Shown one piece after another: positions 13,387 through 26,525 of a stretch of 64,000 nucleotides of DNA; the first letter of the stretch is position 1; each line of letters opens with the position of its first letter. A program made the position numbers and the translations under genes. The notes beneath the pieces are model-generated. The model was not told the DNA's origin, made no database searches, and was given only the letters and a program-made list of their open reading frames with translations. Origin of the DNA: Raillietiella orientalis (taxonomy: Eukaryota); NCBI GenBank assembly GCA_036172245.1, contig JAYWIR010000006.1:744001-808000 (forward strand), in the 5' to 3' direction.

Positions 13387-14959
13387 TTATAGAGGGCTCG
13401 ACCAGAGATCACTCCGAGTCTAAAAGCTAACAAATTCAATTGGGAGTTCAATCCACAGAGATTTGTTGAAGAAATTGCAATAAAAGTGAGCAAAGATGAT
13501 CCGAGAGCCAAAGATTTTGCAGTAGTAATTTTGAACTTGACAATGTAGTAACGTAGAGAATACAGACCTTCACAGCATGATATTGGGTTTCTTTCTTTTC
13601 AACTCATAAAAGCATTTTCGTTTTGAACACACAGATACACACACACACGATAATGTTTGTTTGTTTTTTCCAAAATAGACGGCCATCATATGGCTGAAAA
13701 TGTTTTCTCTTACTGCGTGAAAACTGTGCATCCTCTGTCACTTCTTTGAATAGAAATTAAAAATTCATCCGTTTAAATCGTTCCCCCCCCAAAAAAAAAA
13801 GAAGAAGAATGTTGTTTCTCAAACAAAAATAAATAAATGATAATTTTGAATCGGAGTTTCGTGAGAGATTATCGATGAAAACATTCGTCTCTCAAAAGAT
13901 AAATGCTTCTGAGAAGGATTCATACATTTTCGTGAGCTCGAAGACAAAAAACACTGTGATCGTCATCAGTGTTTTTAACACGGGATATTTCGATGCTGGA
14001 ACTCGGGACGAATAGAGTGACTCATCAGTGAGCTTACAAGCACGTCTTAAAAAGAAAGGAACTGTTTACGATTTAATTTGAGCTTTTGGCAGTTTGTTCG
14101 TTGGGAGGTACATCTTAAAGAGCAATTATTCTTCCATTTGATGTTCACTGAGGTTTAAAGAGATCAACTACAACTCGGAATGCAGAATTAGATATATAGC
14201 GGTTCTTAAGTGACGTAGCTGCTCGTTTTTTGCTTGTATGGGCCTGTTATGCGATTTGTCGATCATGTAATGTAAGAAAATTGTAAGAAAGTACACTTTT
14301 GCAATTCTGCTATTTCATATTTCCATTTAGTTTGCAGAGCGGATCAATGTGAGTGAATTCTCTTCATTTTTTTTTTTTTTTTTTGGGCATCGGAGTAAGA
14401 CTGCTTCATCGGGCGTGCGAAAATTGTGACGAGCGAGTTGTAGTAAAACCTAACCTTAACCATTGCCTACGGTCCGGAGGAGCAAGTATAATCATTAATG
14501 ACTGGGAGAGTGCATTCCACTCGTTAATTCGTATCTATTGCCGGTAACCGATACCCTGGAGCAAAATATGCGGTGCTGTGTGAGACTTGCATTCGTATTA
14601 CATGCCTCGGGCTCATGAAAGTGATGCTAGTATGTTTTATTGTATCCGTTGTGATCTTGTCATGGAATTGACTGAAATATGGCGAACGTAATGGAGTAAT
14701 TCATGCAGCGCTTTGTTTCCTTGATTTTGTTTCTAATTCTGGTAGCATTGCCACAGTACTGTTAATAGCCACATAATATTCCGTAAAAGATGAAATTCCT
14801 ACTTTATAACATGTCTGATGTTTCATATGTAATGAGAGCATGCCATTAGGTGTAGTAGATATGAATATAATGTACAATAAATCACCATATCCGTTCAAGA
14901 TGTGGAGCACCCTGGGCATGCAATGTTGGCTATTCTGAGTATATGGAAATAATTAAGTG

Positions 14960-16261
14960 ATGATTTATTTCTTAACATATCCCCTAATTCTTACATGCGT
15001 ATTCCGGTATTTGAGTGGAATACGCAGTACGTTAGAAGATATAAATGCTATCCAGCTGGAAAAATATGTGGATGAGGAGAAATTCGTCATAGCCCTAATT
15101 TGTTAGTAAAGTAGCATCCTGAATGAAATTTCTCATTATTTTCTACTTAGTTGAAGAAGATTGCAATGCTTGTCTAATTTTGGAAGAAAAGTTGGCCAGT
15201 ATAAGGCCAGATCTTGTTGAAGAATTGGGAGCTGCAGTTGTGAAAGTGAATAATGCTTCATTTGTTGATTTATATGGAGTAGCAAAAACCCCTTTTATCA
15301 TATATTATCGAATGAAAGATCCAGTTTTGATTCAGGGTATAGTTGCATCAATATTGGAGAAAGTGTTCTGCAATGAGCATTCCATCTGTCATCTTTTTGC
15401 ATATTCTCTGGTTTTGTAATTTGAATAAATATCATTTAACTGTGACCTTGTATGATTTATAAAATGTGTTCCATAGGTGATTATACTGAAGAGGACCTTT
15501 TTGACCTGCTTTTGTTGGGGCAGCAATCATCCATCGTAAATCTAAGTGATGGAAACTTTGAAGATGCTACTCAGGCCTCTACAGGAGCAACTACTGGAGA
15601 TTGGCTAGTTCTTTTGTAAGTTAGTAAATTAAAAAGCAAAGTATTTGATCAATACACAGCAAGGAAGATGACTGTCAAAGTGCAAATTGTTTACGGGCTC
15701 ATGTCCTGCTTAATACTTTTGAGCTTCATTCTCGCCTTCTAAACCGATATGTAGCTGCTCAAATGAATCGCACTCAAGGTAGCAGAACCTTAAGGAGATT
15801 TGGTTTGCATTCTCTCCCAGCAATGATATTGTAAGTCATATCCACATTAGTGCTAAAACTTCTGGGTGGTAGATTTCATCAAGGTCTCATGTTTAAATTA
15901 CCTTTGGATCAGATGGATGCACGTACCATTCTTTCTTCTGTGATGCAAACTCCACAAACTTCTAAAAGGGAAAAAGTGCCTCCACCCCTGCATCCTATGT
16001 AAGAATTGATGTTTGTGTCAATCTTTTGGATATTTGAATAGTCTTGAAAAAGTTCTGAGAATTCTTTAAAAAAAAAAAAAAAAAACCGTCTATTTTAGGA
16101 AGGACTTTTTTGAAGTGATAAAGGAAACATGGTTTGCTACTCCTCTCCTCATTAAGGGTTGTGGACTGGTTTTCCTTTGCTTGCTTACCACGTTGATGAC
16201 CTGGAACAGAAAGAAACCTCCCAAAGCAAAAAAAAGCAAGAAGCACAGCAAAGAACATTAA
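14960..16261 (+). CDS. Thioredoxin domain-containing type I membrane protein (signal peptide, two Trx-like domains, C-terminal TM helix, basic tail); 6 exons, 308 aa
   Basis: Exons 14960-15101, 15151-15336, 15477-15615, 15660-15830, 15873-15998 and 16099-16261 join in frame (927 nt) through GT-AG introns of 49, 140, 44, 42 and 100 nt. Protein: MIYFLTYPLILTCVF...FEEDCNACLILEEKL...LSDGNFEDATQASTGATTGDWLVLF...RRFGLHSLPAMILFHQG...VPPPLHP...GCGLVFLCLLTTLMTWNRKKPPKAKKSKKHSKEH*. FExxTQASTGATTGDW is the motif of arthropod Trx-domain proteins (Drosophila CG11790-like, from memory). Confidence 0.9.
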
Positions 16262-19200
16262 CGTAGTTGCTGTTTCTTGTGAAGTTATTATATATTTTTT
16301 TTTGTTAATGAAATCGTAATAAAATAATTTATTGTTTTGCGACTTCAGTTTACACGCCATCAAACAGCAAGTCTACTCAACAGGTCACTACAACAGATTG
16401 CAGCAGCTGTAACAGCATGCTAATACCAGTGCTTTCATGGGGTACATGGCTCTTCAGAAACTTTTGGAGCTAAATCTACTGCCGTTAAAGCAATTGGTTT
16501 AATTTACGAAGATTCCAGGTTTCGGGGCTGTCGGGAATGAACCGCTTCGATAAATAGCGGCAAGAAACTTGCAGCATAAGACCATAATTTTGCTATTGAG
16601 TACAAGTTATTTTCCGCTTCAAAGATTCGTGTGAGAAATATACGATTATCACAGCCGAGGGAAATATCAATTTGTCATCCGTTTAAGGACGCGATGATTC
16701 GTTGACGAACTATTCGTATACCACATGAAGAGAACTTTACATAACTAACAGTCTGGAATGGGAATGATCGAAAGAGTGGGCTAAAAGCCCATTCCAAAGT
16801 GGGCAAAGGGAGTTTCAGGAGGGAGATTGCTCACTTTACTCACACATGAATCGAAACTGCTCGATCCAGGAGTGATAGTGAAAGCTGGAACAGGAAAGCG
16901 CACTTACATGCAGACTATGATCCAGAATATAAGTTCTATTGGAAGTGTGCTTTATTTATAACAGTAGAGAAAGAATTGTCCTTTATATCAACTGGAAAGA
17001 ATTTGAGTGTTTCATCTCTTTACATCTGAAAAATGTAACGGTTCGCAACAGAAAAATGCTTCAAAGTATCAGCAGATTCGTTCTAATACTGCTTAACGTT
17101 AATTTTCCAAACTGGACGATGGACGGGAAAACGCCACAGTAAGACGATTAAAGCAGTCTTACTTGGTGCTGCAAAATTAGAGCAAGAAAAGAGAGAGAGA
17201 GAGAAAAAAGTGAAATTTAAAAAAAAAGAAAAAAAAAAATCTGAAAGATGGTGTGCATTCAGAATCAGGTGTGTTCATCTTCAAGAAAATGCTTCTCCTA
17301 GATACATTTCGAAAAACCTTCCCTGAATTCTTAGAATTTATTGACAAATATATTGATGGGACTGAAATTGTCGAAGGATTTTTCTGAATTATAAATACTT
17401 GCCTTTTAAGACAATACGAATTAAACTAAAATGAGGATTTTCCCGACGTCTCCAAGCTGCTGTTCAGAATTCTAACAAGTATGAATGCTTGGATTTCACA
17501 TCAGGTGCTTCAGTAATTCCGACAGAGACCACGCTAATCGAAAACAAGAGTAAACAGGTGAAACAAGTGTGATGTCGAGTTAAGACTTTCTGGAACCACT
17601 TCCCAAGATTTCAAATTGATTAACACAATAACGGTCTCTTTTGTGTTACACTGACTAAATCCTGGGTTGGTCCAATGAGCTTCTCGAGGATGCTGGATAT
17701 TTTGATGGCGCTAAGCAAAAATCTGTAATGGTGTTGCCAGAATTCTCCCGCTATGATTATTAGGAGTGTGCAGGAGGAAGAACACTGATTGCCAAATACA
17801 ATGCCCTGTATGCGAGTTGAACCTTATTCGTGAGATTTATACCCAGAAAACGAGTTCTGCTAGGAGAGCGAGGGGAATGGACGGAGAAGAAAAGGACATC
17901 AACTTCAGATTTAAAATTCGAGGGTTAAAAACATCCTTCCGTGCGCTTTACGAATCGGCAGAAGCAAAGACCGCAAGAAAATTGGGATAGAAGATTCAAT
18001 CTAACTCTTTTATTTCATTCTCACCTTCGTCTGAATTCCAAGACTGCGGTGACATGAGCGAAGATTCTCACCAGCAATACATTTCTCACAACTTACGCTC
18101 AAAGGCGCAAAAATACGGTCAGGCCGCAATAATTCCTCCCATGAAATAGTAGCACTGTTCTGATTCGCGCTGTTCGAACACATAATTATACGTAAAATAC
18201 TATTGAACCCAGCTTAAGATGGATGGACGATGAAGAATTTCAAAGTTGAGTTTTTTGTATGCTTGCTAAGGAGGTTTACAATAAAAAGAATCAACCTAAA
18301 ATCTAAATTTATCATGGAGTAGTCACAGAACAAAAGAAAAACAAAAAAATTAATTATCCGGAGAGCAACTTTGTGCCGACAAAAACATCTGATGCTACCT
18401 TTCGGAGTATTTTTACGACGTGGAGTTTTTCCTGGAATCTTCATAAAGATGCTTGTGGAAGCATCACACCTCACTGATACCTCGGCGAATTTGTGCGCTT
18501 CGATCGTGGCTAGGACCCTCAACCACAGGCTTTTGCTTCGTTACTTCTACAGCCTGCAGGACATCCTTACGGTGAACCTTTTCACTTTACACATCACCAC
18601 CACATCCTCTGGCATTACTGACAGCGTCAAACGCTCTTTGCTGATGTAAAAGCAGATCATTCTTCCGTATGTGACTTGAGCAGTCCCCGAACATCTTCAT
18701 TTTTCCAATTCCTTCATTCAAAGTGCCCTTCTCGATATTCACCTACCTATAACATCCCCCCCCCCCCTTCCCAAATCAGGTTTTTGCTCTCATGTAATAA
18801 TATGCCTCCTTTCTGTACCCTCCTAGTGTTTCCATCCTCTTGGCACTTTTGTTAGGGAGCTTTTAAGCAATGAAAACAAGCCACGAAAAGTAATGGGCAT
18901 TACGAGGGGCAGCAGCACATGCGAAGACGAAAGGAGTTGGGAACGAATGCCTAAAACTTTCATGCGAACCTGGCAATCCGAGCTGCGGAAACACGAGCCC
19001 ACTGGAAACGAATTTTGGTGTGTACAGATCCTTAAAATGCAGTTCGAACGAACCGCGCCCTGCCTTTGCGTTCCCAGTTAATTTCTGAGGCACCCAAAGA
19101 AACTGTACCAAAATCTGTGCAAGTCAGTATTGGATTCTTTGAATATTCATATATTCCGGCATACCATCATAACATAAACTGTTTTCTGTTTGTTTCTTTT

Positions 19201-19875
19201 CTATGATTTAAGTTTCCAATCCATTCATTAAAATACTGTAGTTTAATGTTACATTGTCACGGAATCAAGTCATCGAAGCAAGGATACTGAAAATCCAGAA
19301 TGGTTTATGGGCAAGAATCTTTTATTTTGTTCTAATTTTATCAAAATTCCCCCCCTAAAAAAGAGCAAACCTGGAATATGGATGCAAGGATTCAAAGCAC
19401 AAAAAAAGAACTATTAGTTCTGCCAAGATCTTTCTTCTATCACAATGCTTTGAAGAGCTTTGTTTCTTCTTGTGGCTCCAAACTGATTCCTTTCAATTTC
19501 AAATGATAGTAATTGAAAAGTTTCCTTGGGTCAATGATTCCTGCTCAGTTAAAACATTGATTTTACGAAGTACATTTAGGAGAGAATTTTTCCATATAAA
19601 GAGGACATGGCAAGTTCACACCATTTTTGAATGATGCAGTATAAGAGACATCTTAAAAACTTCAAGTGTTTCCTTAAGTGGCTGTTACTGTTTTTTATAA
19701 CCACCTTTTATTACTTCATGTATCAGAATACTCTTAAAACTGCATAACTTCAGTGTGAAAGAATTAGATGGCTATAGCAATTAATCTCAGTAGTTCAACT
19801 TCTAACTGTTTCATAACCATACAACAGATTAAGTATTGTGATAGCAAATATAAACTTATGTATTATCATTTTCAT

Positions 19876-21258
19876 TTAACTTCCAGCACACTTTCCTGGA
19901 TTATAGGAACGAAGCAGTGAATTATTTGTTATACAAGTGGTGTTGTCATGCAGTTGATCCCATATTGTATACTGCTGTGAAGGGGTCACACCATGTGCAG
20001 ATATAAGTTTAAGGAACACACACTTTTGTAGTACTCGAGGTTCATAACTAAATCCCACATTGTCAGTTGGCTCTATTCCAGTTTCCTTAGCTAAAAAGCC
20101 AGTTATAAAGATATCCTCCAAGGGAAAGTATGGAACCTGAGGGATTGCTAGAAGCCAATGTTTAATCAAATCCCCAGAAAACACATAGCAAGTTCCTGAT
20201 AAATATTTGGGGTACCTTGAATCATGATACAGACTGAAGGGTATGTACCATTTATTTGAAGGATCTCTAAAAGGAAATGCACCACATATTAAGCATCCTG
20301 TAAGTAGAGGAGGTTTTTGGTGCTTCAAAAAACTGATCAAATTTGGTATATTAAGGAACATGTCGTCATCACATTTGGCCACAAATCTTGAACAAGAACA
20401 GTACCTATCTATCCATTTCAGCATTGCTATGGATTTCAATGTTAGATTTTTATATGAATCAAGAAAATTTCCTTGGATTATATCACCATTTGTTTCATTC
20501 TCCTTCTGCACAAATTCCTGCACAGTAGGTAAAGTGGGCAGGCCCAATAAAAATACTATTCTCACGTCAGAGTTCAAATTACTGGCCCAAGTTTTACGAA
20601 TAGCAGTTCGTTCTTTTAAGTTGTTCGCTGCTGAGCAAACCACAATAGTCAAAAGCACACTTGAATTACTTGAACACTGGCAAGAATCGGCACTTTGCAA
20701 CGAGATACGTGCAATCTTGTCATGATTCCAAATTTCAAAAACTGGATCTAATCAAAAATGCAAAAATGGAGCATCAATAAACAATACTGATTCAGTAATA
20801 CGAAAAACAAGCAAACAGCATTTATGAAAACTGGCTGCGTGCACCAGTCCTACTTTAGCAACAAAATTAGAAATCGATAACACAAAAGTTTCGTATAAAG
20901 GGAATTCCTGAAATCACGACTTTTCAATAATTTTAAGCCGTTGTGAATTTATCGCCACTTTTGTTTTTTTTCCGTTTCACGATTCAACAAATAACCGGGC
21001 CACCAATCCTTGGAAACTTTCGAAGGCACAACAAAACTTAGGTTATGGAGCAACGCCTAAGTTCGAAAAGCACCTTTTCAGAATCATTTTCATGGAAAAC
21101 GGTTGTCGAAGTGTGGGGAAAAAACACAAAACAAATCTCTCTTAAGGGTTGCGGAAAGAAATATTCTCACCTGTTCTCAAATATCGCACCTTTAGTGCGA
21201 GAAAAGTAAGGATGCCAACCAATACCATCACCCAGAAGAGTAATTTTTCTTTATACAT
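19876..21258 (-). CDS. Beta-1,3-galactosyltransferase-like glycosyltransferase (GT31, B3GALT1/brainiac family); 2 exons, 319 aa
   Basis: Exon 1 (21258-21171) encodes a type II anchor, MYKEKLLFWVMVLVGILTFLALKVRYLRT, followed by a GTGAGA donor. A phase-1 intron ends at TTTTGATTAG and exon 2 runs 20747-19876. Total 960 nt in frame. GT31 motifs: ERTAIRKTW, VFLLG, GDIIQGNFLDSYKNLTLK, KCDDD (DxD), PFRDPSNKWY, YPKYLSGTCY, LEDIFITG. Confidence 0.95.
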
Positions 21259-21364
21259 ACCGTTGAAAACATTCACAATCCATTTGCAAGGAGGCACTCG
21301 ATTACAACTTCACTGCGAGGCATAAACACACTCTTTGTGGAAAACCTCGTGCACGTCGGAGAGG

Positions 21365-21365
<1 letters not shown>

Positions 21366-21399
<34 letters not shown>
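21366..21399. repeat. (AC)17 microsatellite just upstream of the GT31 gene start
   Basis: Direct reading of the sequence. Confidence 0.95.
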
Positions 21400-21404
<5 letters not shown>

Positions 21405-21999
21405 GACGGCGTGGGGAAGTGGCACTTCCTCTGACCGACGTGAAGGGAGCACTTCACGTTCCTCACGAAATACACCTGCTCTAGGTGTGAACGGAATTTC
21501 GGAGGAGGGGCGTGCAAGGGAGGGAGGGAGGGGGGGGGGGACACAATCTAGAGTTCTCCCTTGCTGTGCACCTGGAGCCGAATGCACCTACGACATGCGT
21601 TCCTCATTCCGGTCCCGAGTTGCAAGAGTTCCGCTCCTGCCCACTGCTAGCCGTGGCCCATCTGCCGGTGGCCTTCGTTGGTACGGAGGGAATGCAGGCA
21701 TATGCCCACTGGGATTAGCAGTGATTTTTCTGGTGTGCTGGAAAGAGAACTTTAGGAACACTCACGTTCACTGCCGGAAGTGAAAGATGAAGATCGGTAA
21801 ACGATAAAGGGAAACGTGCACGGAGGCACAAAATGATTCTTCGTTGGTGTTATAAAATAGATTGGATTCCTTTGCACCCCTCGCGAAAATACAACACTGC
21901 GGCAAGCAAGATCACAGAGCTGATGCATTTAAAGCAGCTAAGTATTTTTTCTATACATTTTTCGGGTGTGATTTCAAGAGTTAATACATTTTAGGATGT

Positions 22000-22700
22000 T
22001 GTCACACATGCGATTCTCATCTTTAATGGAATTCTGCCGCATTCCATCTCAACGAACAACATATTCGATGCATTTAGATGTACTGCTTGACGATGACTTA
22101 TCCTGTCTGCTGGTTTCCTGAAGTCTTGTTCAGAAAAGAGAAGATCGCGTGACGACTCGTGTGCAGTTTTATAAGGATCATCCTTTGGGAAAAGATTTCG
22201 AATGGCAACTGCGTTGCCATTTTGCTGTGGCAATCTGAGCAACAACGCAGTTTCTGGGGAGAAGGTAATGTTGAAAGCTCCACGATTGGTCTATCATTTC
22301 AAGCTAGAAAGAACATGAATGTCTCCAGCAAGCTTGCCGTCCCTACTAACTACTTTTTGCATCTTGCAATTTTTTGCCAGTAACTTTCCTCGTCTTTCCT
22401 CCTCTTTGTGCTTCAAACAGCTGCAGAAGCAAAAAAAAATTATCATTGTCATATTGCAAAGTCTTCCTATTCGCGTGATCGTGTTGAGCACGATAACTTT
22501 TCATGATGGAGATTAATTTTCAAAGGCGATCAGACATCGATGGGAAGCCTGAGATTGGAAACGAGCTCCATGGTTCTCATTGTGCCCCGCGAGCCTTATC
22601 ATGCAAGTTGTACTCTTCCGGATGTACAGCTGTTTGCCAGAAATGATAATGGAAGTTTTCCGCAAACATTCAGCGATTTGAACAAGGTTCATGGAATTAA
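22000..22700 (-). mobile_element. Relic N-terminal zinc-finger/Myb region of an R2-like element
   Basis: VCGK...VHPEEYN followed by EEERRGKLLA across frameshifts. Confidence 0.35.
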
Positions 22701-24779
22701 TTATCTTTCTTTTTCATGAGCATCCTACTAGAGGGAGTTTTCCAGGGTTCATGACAACTGCAACGATAACTTGAAGATCCGGGGGGTTGTCAATACTTAG
22801 AATAGGTTTGTATCATGAGAACGATTCTTATCACGACTGCATCATGAGAATGACTCTCTTACTCAGCTACTGTGACTTAATTTTGCTGACACTTTGTGCA
22901 TAAACTAACATAAACTGAGCGTTTGTTTCCGCCAGCGGCATTCTCTCTGGAACATTTGAATTGCACGCGCGGTTGTCTTTTTCTTCGAAAACTTCCCCTC
23001 TATCACAGAATTTATTTGCATAATTATGAATCGCGTTGGACGAAAGCAAAATTTTATCTTCAAGTGAGATTTTCAATTAAGCTGAATCCAATCCGATCGA
23101 GACTCATTTATTTTGAGAAAATAGCTGAATCTCAATCGGATTATCAAATTGGTGATCGCCGACAAGTGGTAATTCCTGAGGATCTCGAAATCAATGAGAT
23201 GTAATCAAAGCGAGTCGGCTGATACGTTCTGGATTCTGGAACAACTCTGCTATCTGGTTTGATCCACTTTTTTTTGAAACGTTTGTTCAGCAGAAGTCGG
23301 CAAATGTTTCTGGATCTGTTCTCTGTTCTCCTTATTAGGCAGTAGGGCATTCTACTGATGCCTATTCACGTGGTTGCAGTCTGCAAATGGGGAAAACAGA
23401 AAAACAACGGTGAGAATGCACCTTTCGTGGAAATGGCCGGATTAAGCCAATTTATCCAAGTCCCTGAGGAAGATCAGTGATCGGCTGGCTGACAAGATAT
23501 CAACTTCCGTCCGTCTCAAAAATTTCATTTCCCACTGAGCTCTAAATTTTCCAGTTTTTCTTCCACGACGGCATCTATCGCCTATGGAAGCTTCCCTCAG
23601 AACAAGTCTCGGGAGTTCGTGTTACCTGAAACTTCTTGCTTGATAGGGTTCCAAGGTATCCACAGCGGTCGAGCTTCCTCGTCCGCTCTCCAAGTGTTTA
23701 TCTGCAAATAGTGGAACTCGAGCAGCACAAAAATTCGCCCAGCATCCTCGTAACGCTGACATAAACGGAAAACATAAGCGAAGCGGTCTGCAGATTATTG
23801 CAATGGAATCTCTGTGTAAGTTTTTCCCTTCCACTCCTGATCCTCAAGGATGCTGTGTACACTTTCTGGAACCAAAAACCAAAAGGAACCACAGAGAAAG
23901 AGAAAGGCATTCATGAATTACAGATTTACGTACACGATGCATGCATACACATCTGCATACAGTGTGTGCGCAGAGTAAGCAACTCAATTTCGAGTTTCGG
24001 AATTTTTATTGCTCGAGTGGGGTTCCTATGGTTCTCGCTCGCTTCAGCATGGAATTCTCACCGAAGCGAGAATGAATGGTGAGCGTCATGTCCGGGCAAA
24101 TGACGTTTCCTTGCACAGCCTGCTGTCAGCTGGGGAACTGACTGACTGCTCACCCATAAACTGTCGGCTTCCTTAACTTTATCATCCATTCCGCTGCGAG
24201 CACTCACTCCTGATGGAAGTTTGAATTATTCAGGACGATCTCTAGCAAGTATTTTTCGTCTTGATTTCGTCCTGCTCCCAGATAGCTATGACATGAGGGT
24301 GTGCGGAAAAGTGGGACACAAGGGAATGCCTTTTTGGAAGTAGAGAATTACCTATATGGGGCGCACAGCGTAGGCAGCGTTTTCTTTCAGGAACTCTCCG
24401 GACTTTCCTTGGGATGCAAAGGAGCATCCTCGAAGCGATCTCAATGAATTCTGGAGGTTCTATAAAAGATTAATTAGAATGAGAGGACGATGAAAATTTC
24501 GATCGAGGGATTAGTTTGTGTATGGAGCTTTTTGTTAATGACTTTTGATGGTTTGAATATGGACGGTAAGAGTCATATAGGATATTTGAAATGAATGGGA
24601 GTAGCGAGATGCAATGCGGAGACAGATTGATCAAACAGAGAGTGATATTCTTCTTCCGTATGGGTGATAACGTGACGTGCTTTGCTTTCAAGGCTGATGT
24701 TACTAAGGGAAGATAAAAAAAAAAGAACCCATTCATGCAATTTATTGTGCACTCTCTGCTAAAAGAGTCCCCTTTCTTC

Positions 24780-25830
24780 CATTGGTTCCAGGAGTTTTTG
24801 GTCGCTCTTCAACCACTGAGAGTGAAGGTGTTTCATTAACTTGGAGATGCAGTCTGGTTTCGCTCTCTTTTCTTCTTGGCTTCCGGAAAAATTTCGATCT
24901 TGTGGTAGACTTGGGATGTGGCTCATCTACGCCGGCGAGTAAGCACTGCCGTCGGACACTCCCGGGCTACTCGGGTCGAGGATATGAGAGTGGATAAACT
25001 CGAGCCATGGTTTCCGAATTGGCTAGTTGCAAGACCTCCTTGCAATGCAAACTCCTGCTCCCCATAACCTTTGCAGCAGGGCATCTCCTCGGTGATGAGC
25101 CTGGACTGCTGCTGGACTTGAACTGCGGAAATTTCCAGATGGGTCCTTTCTTTCGTTGACCGTCAGCTCCACCTACAGGCTTGTCTTGGTTCGTTAAGTA
25201 CTAGGGTTGCAGAAACAGGAAGATGGTAGCTGCGGCGCGCACGATGAGCATCGGGGGGAGGGGGGATCTCGAGTCAGAAAGACAAAAAACGATGCGCAGT
25301 CTCTGAATGCAAGGTATGCAGCGACCATACCATGCGCATACCGCGTATTTCGGTGCCTCGAGACAACATCGCCATCAGCAAATTTTAGTATATGTACAGA
25401 TGAAGCGTGTACGCTATAGCCGCCATCGGTCGCACCCGGTCGGCTGCAAGACTGACAGCGGGTCACACAGAGAAGCCAAGGAAAAAGAGAATGGTTCGGC
25501 TGGATCGCGAGCCAGCAGTGCTGCCGCGTGACGTCCCCTCTCGCCCTCAACCACCACCGCTTGACGCAGGAACACCCACGAATCTGCTCACGGGCTCCAG
25601 GCGACGACGAAGGGATGTGGAGCGGGCGCTCGAAGACTTCGCCGGCGGACCATCCTGAGTCGCCACATTTTTCGTGCAGTCGGCCTCCGGCGCGAAACGA
25701 CCCCGAAGGATCATCCAGCGAGTGCCACGAGAGGTTCTTGTCTTGCTGGAACACGCTTTCGAATTATTCGGTTGCAGTGGAGTCAACTGCAGCAAATTCC
25801 CGTCTATGAAGGCCAGACCAAGTTTCTGAC
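24780..25830 (-). mobile_element. Relic N-terminal C2H2 zinc-finger region of an RLE retrotransposon
   Basis: CQSCSRPGATDGGYSVHASSVH (C-x2-C-x12-H-x4-H) in ORF 25194-25754, with a second decayed finger (FQQDKNLSWH) upstream. Confidence 0.4.
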
Positions 25831-25934
25831 CACCGCAAATTTCACTGCCTGGTCCTACCTACACGAGAGCAACTTCATTCGCTCTCACTTTTTTCTGGAT
25901 CTCAAGTAGTACTGAAAGAACCGCTCACTTCCTT

Positions 25935-26525
25935 GTGGGGAGAAGGGGGGGTCTCACAGAGCTTTTTGGCCCCGTCCACTCTACTTGAGGGTGCGTGTAC
26001 TCTTCAAATTATAGGGGCAACCCCAGAGGGACCACCCCACGAATCCAGGAAGGCTTGCGAAAAAATAGAGTCCGTTCCTCTTACACTTGGTAGTGGAACC
26101 CCGAAGAAAACCCTCGTCCCGGTTGTCTTCCCCGATTTCTTGAGTGTAGTCGCCGGATGTTCGTTCCGTAAGCGCGCAAAGGAGGCAGTAGCTTCCCTCG
26201 TCTCACCGACGGTGGACTTCCCTGCAGCGCCCGTAGCCGACCGAATGCGACCAGGTCCCAGACCGTAGACCCCCTTGCTCGGGAAGCGGTTTCCTGCTCC
26301 CTGGACTCTCTTTAAGAAAGGGAGGAGCGGTCTCCAGCCCAGGGGTGCGCTGGAGCCTTCAAGACGAGGAGGAGAGCGGCTCAACCCCGCGCTGCCCTGA
26401 GAATGGGATTGGACACAAGGATGCCAGAAAAAAAAAAAGGATCCGGAAAAAAGATTTCTGAGGGAACCCGCAAGGGAATCGCTCCTTGTTCACTCCTCTG
26501 AGGAGAACCCCGAAAAGATCACCCG
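25935..26525 (-). mobile_element. SINE-like repeat, third copy (headless, more diverged)
   Basis: GAGGGTGCGTGTA.TCTTCAA, CGAATCCAGGAAGG, TCCGTTCCTCT and AAAGGATCC...ACTCCTCTGA blocks are shared with the other two copies. Confidence 0.55.

Noticed and set aside
15995..16363. Antisense ORFs over the Trx gene and the GT31 gene (20243-20725)
   Set aside because: Shadow frames of real genes on the opposite strand.
17280..17390. FPEFLEFIDKYIDGTEIV resembling a Harbinger/ISL2EU DDE motif
   Set aside because: Single short motif followed by a stop; no further convincing motifs or TIRs.
18565..18579. 15-nt match CCTTACGGTGAACCT to the 3187-3218 hairpin arm
   Set aside because: Isolated 15-mer matches are expected by chance in 64 kb, and the flanks do not align.
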